Below, piece after piece: positions 26,466-34,327 of a DNA stretch of 46,286 bases. The stretch lies in NCBI GenBank assembly GCA_029007315.1, contig JAQXHO010000092.1, positions 1-46,286 on the forward strand. The letters run 5' to 3'. The notes under the pieces are model-generated. The model ran no database searches and had not been told where the DNA came from. It saw only the letters and a list, made by a program, of their open reading frames with translations. Within the stretch, counting starts at the first letter, position 1. Each line of letters opens with the position of its first letter. The position numbers were made by a program, and so were the translations under genes. The stretch is from Oscillospiraceae bacterium (lineage in GTDB: Bacteria > Bacillota > Clostridia > Oscillospirales > Ruminococcaceae).

Positions 26466-27196
26466 AGTTTATGGAAACCGGTAAAACAGAGCTTTTGCAG
26501 GAGATGACAGATAAATCATCAAGAATAGTATTTTTTGGCGGAGCCGGTGTGTCAACCGAAAGCGGAATACCGGATTTCAGAAGCCAGGACGGACTTTATA
26601 ATCAGAAGTACCCTTATCCTCCTGAAACTATTCTCAGCCATACATTTTACGAAGAGCAGCCAGAGTGGTTCTTTAAATTTTACCGTGAAAAAATGATCTG
26701 CAAGGACGCAAAGCCCAACGCCGCCCATATTAAGCTTGCTGAAATGGAAGAAAAGGGCAAGCTTCTGGCAGTTATTACACAGAATATTGACGGTCTTCAT
26801 ACAATGGCAGGAAGCAGAAATGTTCTGGAGCTTCACGGAAGCGTCCACAGGAATTACTGTGAAAGATGTCATTCTTTCTTTGACGCTGATTATATGCTCC
26901 AGGGTACCGGCGTTCCGGAATGCGGCTGCGGAGGAAGGGTAAAGCCAGATGTTGTACTCTATGAGGAATCACTGGACAGTAAAATAATTGAACGTGCAGT
27001 AAATGCCATTGCTTCGGCAGATATGCTTATTATAGGCGGAACTTCACTTGCCGTATATCCTGCGGCAGGCTTTGTAAGATATTTCAGCGGCGAAAGACTT
27101 GTTATTATAAACCGTGACGCTACATCAATGGATGAAAAAGCAGACCTTGTAATAAGAGAGCCTATTGGAAAGGTGCTTTCAAAGATAAAGGTGTGA
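26462..27196 (+). CDS. cobB: NAD-dependent protein deacylase (Sir2 family)
   Basis: GAGVSTESGIPDFR, TQNIDGLH, ELHG, CxxC...CxC Zn motif, GTSL.VYPAA. Start may be ATG 26471. Confidence 0.92.
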   Translation: MKFMETGKTELLQEMTDKSSRIVFFGGAGVSTESGIPDFRSQDGLYNQKYPYPPETILSHTFYEEQPEWFFKFYREKMICKDAKPNAAHIKLAEMEEKGKLLAVITQNIDGLHTMAGSRNVLELHGSVHRNYCERCHSFFDADYMLQGTGVPECGCGGRVKPDVVLYEESLDSKIIERAVNAIASADMLIIGGTSLAVYPAAGFVRYFSGERLVIINRDATSMDEKADLVIREPIGKVLSKIKV

Positions 27197-27205
27197 GGTG
27201 AGTTT

Positions 27206-28204
27206 TTGAAACAGGTGAATTACTATCCCGAATATTACAGTAAATTTCGCTGCAGTGCAGATAAATGCCCCGACAGCTGCTGTATGCTCTGGGAAATTGT
27301 GGTTGATGATGTCAGCGCTGCAATATATGATAACATAAGCGGCGAAACCGGCAATAAACTCAGAAATGCAATGACTGAAGACCAGGATGGCGACATAATA
27401 TTCAGACTAAAGGGCGACAGATGCCCTTTTCTTGAAGATGATATGCTTTGTGAAATACACCGGAAGCTTGGCGAAGAGTATCTTTGTGATACCTGCCGGG
27501 AATATCCGAGAGCTGTTCAGGATTTTGGTAATTCAGCATGGCATGACCTTTCCCTTTCCTGTCCGAAAGCGGCAGAAATAATTCTTTCCGAAAAAAATGA
27601 ACCGCTGTTTTATGAAAAAATAGCGGAAATACCTGACGAAGAGCTTTGCTTTGACAGTGAGTTTATGTCATTTATGACAGAAGCAAGAAGGCATCTTCTT
27701 GATATTATCTGGGACAGATCTTATACTCCGGAACAGGCAGCGGAGAAATGCTGTGAATATGCAGCCTTGATTCAGCAGGAGATTGACGGAAACAGCAAAC
27801 CGCAGATTCACTTCAGTATCACATCTCTTTTAAAGGCATATCTTGCAGGTGATATACTAACTTCTGATTTTTCATATGCACTTGAGCAGGCACTTTCTCT
27901 TGGCGATTCTCCGGAAACAGATGATGCAAAAAATGCTCTTGACAATTACGACAGCCTTTACCGTCAGCTTATGACCCATTACATAAACCGTTACTGGCTA
28001 AGAGCTGTTTTTGACGGCAAAGCCTTTGAGAAAGTAATGCTTATGTCACAGGCTTATACGGCAGTAAGGCGGCTGCACTATTCATATTATGCAAAAAACA
28101 GAGAGCTGCCCTTTTCCGCAGCAGTGCGGATAGTGCAGCTCTTTTCAAAGGAAACAGAACATAATGATGAAGCGGTCAGCTTATCATCTGACGATCAAAT
28201 GTGA
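27206..28204 (+). CDS. FliB-family (flagellin lysine-N-methylase-like) Cys-cluster protein
   Basis: P.YY..F.C....CPDSCC..WEI..D, RCPFL...LC.IH..LGE..LC.TC..YPR, LSLSCP.AA, FSKETEH. Confidence 0.85.
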   Translation: MKQVNYYPEYYSKFRCSADKCPDSCCMLWEIVVDDVSAAIYDNISGETGNKLRNAMTEDQDGDIIFRLKGDRCPFLEDDMLCEIHRKLGEEYLCDTCREYPRAVQDFGNSAWHDLSLSCPKAAEIILSEKNEPLFYEKIAEIPDEELCFDSEFMSFMTEARRHLLDIIWDRSYTPEQAAEKCCEYAALIQQEIDGNSKPQIHFSITSLLKAYLAGDILTSDFSYALEQALSLGDSPETDDAKNALDNYDSLYRQLMTHYINRYWLRAVFDGKAFEKVMLMSQAYTAVRRLHYSYYAKNRELPFSAAVRIVQLFSKETEHNDEAVSLSSDDQM

Positions 28205-28233
28205 TAAGCGGCTCATAACACGGATAGTTCTTT

Positions 28234-28273
28234 GCAGCTCTGAAGCAATCATGCTTTGGAGCTGTTTGTTTTT
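28234..28273. terminator. Terminator between convergent operons
   Basis: GCAGCTCTGAAGCA...TGCTTTGGAGCTGT followed by TTGTTTTT. Confidence 0.75.
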
Positions 28274-28301
28274 ATATCTGAAGTTTTAAAACCTGCGCCT
28301 G

Positions 28302-30029
28302 TCAGTTTATCTTGACAAGCTTCAGATTGCTGATAGTAACATTGTAATAGCTTTTTCCGCCAAGTTTGAAGATAATTGCGGCGTCATTGTCTTTCTGAGA
28401 AACAGTAAAGGTCTTTTCAAAATGCTGTTTGTCGCTGGAAGCTGAAACCGAATCCGACATATATTCCGAGGAACCTGTTACCAGCACAGGAACATCTGCA
28501 TCGGGAGTTGCTGTACAGTCAAATTCAAGTCTGTATTCTCCGCCGGCTTTCAGTTCTATTCCGGAAATAACGCCCTTTACATCTTCCGGAGATGTACCGC
28601 CTTCAGTCATGTTTATCCAGAATGACTTATCATATCCAACATAAAATGCTGCATACGCTCCTGCTTCTTCGTTTAATTCAACATCATAAATTCCGTCGGC
28701 GGCAGCGTCAAGACCTGTTCCGGAACCTTCTATGCCGAGGGCTTTGCATATTTTGTCAGCGGCAATGTAACCGTTGTTTTGCTGTGTGATCTCAGAAGGA
28801 TGCCAGTCTGAGCCTATGCCGTCAGCTGTAATGTTCTGAACAGATGATTTGTAGCAGGTGACGTTGTTATCGCCTGTTTCTGCTGTATATTCTGCCACAG
28901 CCTTTTCAATAAGAGGATATATATCCTCATCTCCGCCCATAATGCCCATTGTGCAGATAATGGCAGCCTTTGGATTATTACTGCGGATTGTCTTGAGGAA
29001 GTCTATATATCCCTTTATAAATTCTTCAGAACGTGTTTCATAGTCTGCGGTGACATAGTTAATATCGTTTGTTCCGAGATTTATGAAAACAGCGTCTGTT
29101 TCTCTCTCTTTGAAATCCCAGGGCAGGTCATACCCGGGAAGTCTGCTTGTGAGGGAATAGAAATCCGGCACAAGGCAGTCGCTGTTTTTATCTCCGGAGG
29201 AATATCCGGAAACAATGCCATGACCGCTGTAGGAAACTGCACTGTAGTCAGCGTCAAGCTGTTTTGCCGCAAGATATGCGTATGATTTTGAGAAATTTTC
29301 TGTTGTTGTTTTAAATGGATCGGAACTTGACTTGCCTTCCACGCCGTATGCACAGGTGATCGAATCGCCTATGAATTCTATCAGAAGCTTCTTGTTTGGA
29401 AGAGGCTTTACAGGCACTGCTGCATCTGATGAAACATTAATGCTGCTTACACCCACAGGACCGCTTGTAGCTTCCGACAGAAGCATTATCTTTACTTCCG
29501 CTGTACGTCTGCTCTGTTCCTCAAACAGGGTGACTGTTTCTTCCTTTTCATCTATAGTTTTGTCAAGGATAAGCTCTCCGTCAACAAAGACAGCATATCT
29601 CGGACGATGATCCTTATCTGCTTCAAAGAAGCTTCCGCCGTTAAGAACTGCTGAGGCTTTTGTTCCGGTTACCTTGAATTCCACAGCGCTTCCGCTTTGC
29701 AGAAGCCACTCTGAGCTGTCCTTTGTAATATGTCTGCCTGTAAATTTAACGTATTCACTGCTGATTGGGATAACCGTATCCTTTATTTCTCCGCTTTCCT
29801 TATGAGCAAGGTTTTTCATAACTGACAAGTCGAAAACATTTACTTTTCCGTCTTCGTTTACATCATAATCCTGCTTAATAGTGTCTATGCCTGCAACAGC
29901 CTTCTGAAGTGATATCACATCATCTATGCCGGCAGTCATTGCCGCACCTGCAATTGAAATGGTTCCTGTTGTAATGACTGCTGCTGAAATTACAGCGGCA
30001 ATATGTTTTTTTCCTTTTCCTGTTTTCAT
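28302..30029 (-). CDS. Secreted CE2 acetylxylan esterase with a degenerate N-terminal dockerin and a C-terminal CBM4/9-like module
   Basis: Start moved to MKTGKGKKH (30029); the longer ORF overlaps the upstream paralog. YDVNEDGKVNVFDL dockerin loop; FIGDSITCAYG, NLGTND, DWHPS. Confidence 0.85.
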   Translation of the reverse strand: MKTGKGKKHIAAVISAAVITTGTISIAGAAMTAGIDDVISLQKAVAGIDTIKQDYDVNEDGKVNVFDLSVMKNLAHKESGEIKDTVIPISSEYVKFTGRHITKDSSEWLLQSGSAVEFKVTGTKASAVLNGGSFFEADKDHRPRYAVFVDGELILDKTIDEKEETVTLFEEQSRRTAEVKIMLLSEATSGPVGVSSINVSSDAAVPVKPLPNKKLLIEFIGDSITCAYGVEGKSSSDPFKTTTENFSKSYAYLAAKQLDADYSAVSYSGHGIVSGYSSGDKNSDCLVPDFYSLTSRLPGYDLPWDFKERETDAVFINLGTNDINYVTADYETRSEEFIKGYIDFLKTIRSNNPKAAIICTMGIMGGDEDIYPLIEKAVAEYTAETGDNNVTCYKSSVQNITADGIGSDWHPSEITQQNNGYIAADKICKALGIEGSGTGLDAAADGIYDVELNEEAGAYAAFYVGYDKSFWINMTEGGTSPEDVKGVISGIELKAGGEYRLEFDCTATPDADVPVLVTGSSEYMSDSVSASSDKQHFEKTFTVSQKDNDAAIIFKLGGKSYYNVTISNLKLVKIN

Positions 30030-30051
30030 CTGTTTTTTCCCTTCTGTAAAA

Positions 30052-31311
30052 TTATTTTTCAAGAGCTTTTCTGATTTCCTCAGATACGATGTGACCGTAA
30101 TTACTCTGTGTGACTGCCGACGGATGCCAGCAGGAGCCGGCACCGTTTGTTTTCGTATCCTGGTAGGGTGACAGGAAGCAGGTAATGCGTTCATCATTTA
30201 CTTCACTGACAGCTCTCTGGATAAGAGGATATATTGTCTGTTCGCCGCCCATAAGTCCCACTGTGCAGATTATCACAGCCTCCGGATTGTTTATTCGGAC
30301 TGTATTCAGAAATTCCTTATATCCTTCTGTAAATTCATTGCAGGTGTATTCATTATTCATATCTACGTAGCAGCGGTCGTTAGTGCCAAGATTTATGACA
30401 ACTGCGTCTGCTTCTCTTTCCGAAAAATCCCAGGCTTTATTAAATCCTTCATATCTGCTTGCGATGTTGTAATAAAGCGGTACTGTTTCATCGGTGTTCT
30501 TTTCTCCGGAACTGTATCCTGAAATAACGCCGTAACCGCTGTATGAAACTGCGCTGTAGTCAGCGTCCAGTTCTTCTGCGGCAATATAAGCGTAAGATCT
30601 GGTGAAATTTTCAGTGGAGGTTTTGAATGGTTCAGAACCGTCTGCACCGTCAACACCAAATCCGCAGGTGATTGAGTCGCCTATAAATTCAATGTAAAGA
30701 TCCTTCCGTGGTGCCGGCGTAACAGGATTCGGCTCATCTCCTGTAACATTCGGAGCTTTAACGCCTACAGCTCCGTATACAGCTTCTGACAGGAGAATTA
30801 TTTTCACCTCGGCACTTCTCGGCGTGTTACCCTCAAAGAGAATTATTTCCCTTTCATGTTCTTCTGCAATGTTGTCTGCAATCAGTTCTCCGTCAACGTA
30901 AACAGCATATCTCGGCATAAGATCTGTATCAGCATCTTCCGGATAATCACTTGTTATCGTGACGGCTGCTTTGGTTCCACTTGCAGTAAATTCAGCCGAA
31001 CTGCCGCTTTGCACAAGCCATATGGTATCCTCCATGATAACGTATCTTCCCTGAAAGCTCATCATATTTTCAATTGAAGGAACAGGCTCTTCCTCCTCAG
31101 TACAGGTTTCTGTGACTATGGCTTTCGTTGTTTCTGCTGTAGTTGTTGTTTTCTCAGTTTGAATTATGGAAACTGATGTATCTGTCCGGATTGTTGTATT
31201 ATTTATAAAAGGATTATTTGCAGAATCAGGACTCTCTATTGACGAGCAGCCTATCAATGATAAAAATCCTGTTATGAGAACAGCAGCAAGATGTTTTTTT
31301 CCTGTATTCAT
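30052..31311 (-). CDS. CE2 acetylxylan esterase lipoprotein
   Basis: Lipobox LIGC, Thr-rich spacer, CE2_N domain, FIGDSITCGFG, NLGTND, CWHPS. Confidence 0.87.
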   Translation of the reverse strand: MNTGKKHLAAVLITGFLSLIGCSSIESPDSANNPFINNTTIRTDTSVSIIQTEKTTTTAETTKAIVTETCTEEEEPVPSIENMMSFQGRYVIMEDTIWLVQSGSSAEFTASGTKAAVTITSDYPEDADTDLMPRYAVYVDGELIADNIAEEHEREIILFEGNTPRSAEVKIILLSEAVYGAVGVKAPNVTGDEPNPVTPAPRKDLYIEFIGDSITCGFGVDGADGSEPFKTSTENFTRSYAYIAAEELDADYSAVSYSGYGVISGYSSGEKNTDETVPLYYNIASRYEGFNKAWDFSEREADAVVINLGTNDRCYVDMNNEYTCNEFTEGYKEFLNTVRINNPEAVIICTVGLMGGEQTIYPLIQRAVSEVNDERITCFLSPYQDTKTNGAGSCWHPSAVTQSNYGHIVSEEIRKALEK

Positions 31312-31347
31312 GGAAGAACCTTCTTTCTGTAATGCGGCATTTTCTAT

Positions 31348-31376
31348 ATTATACAGTGAATATATAAAAAAGTCAA
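31348..31376 (-). promoter_or_regulatory. sigmaA promoter of the CE2 pair
   Basis: Minus strand TTGACT-17-TATAAT. Confidence 0.8.
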
Positions 31377-31417
31377 TGTATTTTCATACTGTGCATGATA
31401 TTTTTTTGTTTTACCTG

Positions 31418-31468
31418 TTGACAGAAAGAAAAAAAGGTGTTATAATTAGTTGAGCAGATGTTCAACTA
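31418..31468 (+). promoter_or_regulatory. cadC promoter with ArsR/SmtB-type operator
   Basis: TTGACA-17-TATAAT immediately followed by the inverted repeat TAGTTGAGCA-GA-TGTTCAACTA. Confidence 0.88.
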
Positions 31469-31491
31469 TAAAAATAAACAGAGGTGACATT

Positions 31492-31842
31492 ATGGAATTA
31501 TATAACTGTGACTGTGAGGTTATTCATGAGGAGATTGTGAATGACACCAAGGCTAAAATGCAGCCGAAGGAGGAATATATACGTCTGGCGTCATTATTCA
31601 AGATGTTTGCTGACGGAACCAGAGTGCAGATTTTACACGCACTGGAACAAAATGAAATGTGCGTTTGTGATCTGGCGTCATTGCTTGGTGTAACGAAATC
31701 TGCGGTTTCTCATCAGCTGAAGGCTCTGCGTCTTGCAAATTTAGTAAAATTCCGCAGGGAAGCGCAGATTGTTTATTATTCACTTGCAGATGATCATGTA
31801 AAAGAGATAATTGAAAAAGGCTTTGAGCATTTGAATGAATAA
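31492..31842 (+). CDS. cadC: ArsR/SmtB (CadC-like) metal-sensing repressor
   Basis: Start at ATG 31492 (RBS GAGGTG). CDC..IH, EMCVCDLA, SAVSHQL..L, YYSLADDHV...EH. Confidence 0.88.
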   Translation: MELYNCDCEVIHEEIVNDTKAKMQPKEEYIRLASLFKMFADGTRVQILHALEQNEMCVCDLASLLGVTKSAVSHQLKALRLANLVKFRREAQIVYYSLADDHVKEIIEKGFEHLNE

Positions 31843-31861
31843 TTTTTTTGGATTAAATTGA

Positions 31862-31885
31862 ATAATTGAGCAACTAATCAAATAT
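31862..31885 (+). promoter_or_regulatory. Second ArsR-type operator-like site upstream of cadA
   Basis: ATAATTGAGCAACTAATCAAATAT matches the TTGAGCA..T..TCAA.TA pattern of the first operator. Confidence 0.6.
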
Positions 31886-31900
31886 TTAGGAGGATTATAT

Positions 31901-34024
31901 ATGGAGCGTATTTATTTGCTTAAAGGACTTGATTGTCCGAACTGCGCAGCTAAAATTGAAAAGAAAGCGGCAGAAATTGAAGGCGTGAATTCAGCGGCTG
32001 TAAATTTAATGAAGCAGACAATGACAGTCAGTCATGATGATTCGTTATCGGATTCGGTTTTCATGAAAATAACTGCAATTGTAAATTCCCTCGAACCGGA
32101 TGTTGAAGTATCGGAAGTTACTGAAAAAACAAACGAAAGGCTGAAGGTGCAAAAGGACGGGAATATATTTGGCAGAGAAGAAAAAATGCTGACAATTCGT
32201 CTGGCAGCCGGAGCATTGATTTATATTTCAGCTATTGTGCTTGGCATTTTTGCAGGAGTACCAATTTATGTAAAGCTGTCAGCTCTCATTGTTTCTTACA
32301 TTTTGCTTGGCGGTGATGTAGTATGGCAGGCTGTTAAAAATATTTTTAAGGGCAGAATATTTGACGAAAAATTTCTTATGAGCCTTTCTACAATAGGAGC
32401 ATTTATAATCGGAGAATATCTGGAAGCAGTTGCGGTTATGCTGTTTTATCAGATAGGTGAATTCTTCCAGTCCCTGGCAGTAAAGCGTTCCAGAAAATCC
32501 ATATCAGATTTAATGGATATACGCCCGGATTCTGCTGCGGTAAAGAGAAACGGCGAACTGATCGTGACGTCGCCGGAATGTGTTGAAGTGGGTGAGATAA
32601 TCGTCGTAAAACCCGGCGAAAAAATTCCGCTGGACGGTGTTGTCATGGAAGGTGATTCTATGGTGGATACAAGTGCGCTGACAGGCGAATCTGTTCCAAA
32701 AAGCATTCATAAGGGAAATGAAGTTCTGTCCGGCTGCATAAATCAAAGCGGAGTTCTTAATATCAGAGTTACGAGATCTTTTGGCGAATCCACTGTGACA
32801 AAGATCATTGACATGGTGGAGAATGCCTCCTCCAGAAAAGCGCCTGCTGAGAATTTTATAACGGTTTTTGCAAAATATTATACTCCTGTTGTTGTATTGC
32901 TGGCGGCTGTCCTTGCAGTACTTCCACCCATTGCCTTTGGCGGAGTATGGACAGAATGGATCCACAGAGGCTTTGTATTTCTTGTTGTTTCATGTCCCTG
33001 CGCACTGGTTGTTTCAATTCCGCTTACTTTCTTCGGAGGTATCGGAGCAGCCTCCAGGCATGGAGTTCTTGTAAAGGGCAGTAATTATCTGGAAGCGCTT
33101 GAAAAAATCGGCGTGATAGTATTTGACAAAACCGGCACTCTTACAAAAGGTGTTTTTAAGGTTACGGAAATCCTGCCGGCTTCCGGGTTTTCAGCTGAAG
33201 AGCTTCTTGAATATGCAGCCGGAGCAGAATGTTTATCAAATCACCCAATAGCTAAATCCATAACAGCCGCTTATGGAAAAACAACAGACAGGTTTGTTTT
33301 CTCTGATTACAAGGAAATACCGGGACATGGAATATGTGCAAAAATCGGAGAAAAAATGATTTTTGCAGGAAACAGCAAGCTTATGGAATCAGAGAATGTT
33401 GTTTACAAGCACTGTGAGAAGCCAGGCACGAAGGTTTATATTGCTGTTGAGGATAAGTATGCAGGCTGCATTGTGATTTCAGATGAGCTTAAAAAGGACA
33501 GCAAAAAGGCAGTTGCTGAGCTGAAAGAAATGGGCATTGAGAAGACAGTTATGCTTACAGGTGATGATGAAAAAATAGCAGAATCTGTGGCAGAGGAACT
33601 GCACATTGATGAATTTTACGCACAGCTTCTTCCCAATGAGAAGGTTGAGAGAATGGAAGAGCTTGACCGTATGAAGCCTCACGGAAAAAAACTGGCTTTT
33701 GTGGGTGACGGCATAAATGACGCTCCTGTTCTTGCCCGTGCAGATGTAGGCATTGCAATGGGCGGACTTGGTTCTGACGCTGCCATTGAAGCTGCAGATG
33801 TTGTTCTTATGAGAGATGAACCCTCCGGTATCGCAGACGCTGTCCGCATTGCAAAGGCGACAAAGAGGATAGTGATTCAGAATATTGTGATTGCCGTGGG
33901 TGTTAAGAGCGCCTTTCTGTTACTTGGTGCTTTGGGACTTGCGGGAATGTGGGAAGCAGTATTCGGTGATGTGGGTGTTACCGTCATTGCTGTACTGAAC
34001 GCCGTGAGAATACTGAGGAAATAA
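31901..34024 (+). CDS. cadA: Heavy-metal (Cd/Zn) P1B-type ATPase
   Basis: GLDCPNC HMA domain, LTGES, SCPC, DKTGT, HP, GDGINDAP. Confidence 0.94.
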   Translation: MERIYLLKGLDCPNCAAKIEKKAAEIEGVNSAAVNLMKQTMTVSHDDSLSDSVFMKITAIVNSLEPDVEVSEVTEKTNERLKVQKDGNIFGREEKMLTIRLAAGALIYISAIVLGIFAGVPIYVKLSALIVSYILLGGDVVWQAVKNIFKGRIFDEKFLMSLSTIGAFIIGEYLEAVAVMLFYQIGEFFQSLAVKRSRKSISDLMDIRPDSAAVKRNGELIVTSPECVEVGEIIVVKPGEKIPLDGVVMEGDSMVDTSALTGESVPKSIHKGNEVLSGCINQSGVLNIRVTRSFGESTVTKIIDMVENASSRKAPAENFITVFAKYYTPVVVLLAAVLAVLPPIAFGGVWTEWIHRGFVFLVVSCPCALVVSIPLTFFGGIGAASRHGVLVKGSNYLEALEKIGVIVFDKTGTLTKGVFKVTEILPASGFSAEELLEYAAGAECLSNHPIAKSITAAYGKTTDRFVFSDYKEIPGHGICAKIGEKMIFAGNSKLMESENVVYKHCEKPGTKVYIAVEDKYAGCIVISDELKKDSKKAVAELKEMGIEKTVMLTGDDEKIAESVAEELHIDEFYAQLLPNEKVERMEELDRMKPHGKKLAFVGDGINDAPVLARADVGIAMGGLGSDAAIEAADVVLMRDEPSGIADAVRIAKATKRIVIQNIVIAVGVKSAFLLLGALGLAGMWEAVFGDVGVTVIAVLNAVRILRK

Positions 34025-34142
34025 TGTATTAAGCAAAAAATGTGGCAAAAAACAATCAGTGAGCAATTTTTGAGTAGTATGATGAAAAAATCTTTGCTAT
34101 AATAATGATAAAATATGCTGGCAAGGCATTAATATTTCCCCG

Positions 34143-34183
34143 AATAGGTTCCGTTCGTATAAAACGAACGGTTCTTATTTTTT
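34143..34183 (+). terminator. Intrinsic terminator
   Basis: CCGTTCGT-ATAAA-ACGAACGG followed by TTCTTATTTTTT. Confidence 0.7.
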
Positions 34184-34246
34184 ATGGGTATAAAACTGCT
34201 CCGAAAAAAATTGTGCATTTTGTCCACTATATATTCAAATTATTAG

Positions 34247-34280
34247 TTGCATTATGACTCTCGTTGTGATATAGTATAAT
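34247..34280 (+). promoter_or_regulatory. sigmaA promoter of the GH43 gene
   Basis: TTGCAT-17-TATAGT with extended TG; an overlapping TATAAT lies at 34275-34280. Confidence 0.6.
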
Positions 34281-34327
34281 TGTTATAGCATATGATTATA
34301 AATGCACAGAATCGGAGGAATGTTATT

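Noticed and set aside
30030-30197. N-terminal extension of the CE2-dockerin ORF
   Set aside because: It overlaps the upstream CE2 gene by about 145 nt, and the signal peptide starts at ATG 30029.
31418-34024. cadCA as a mobile cassette
   Set aside because: No transposase, terminal repeats or target duplication visible, and a compositional shift cannot be established by eye.
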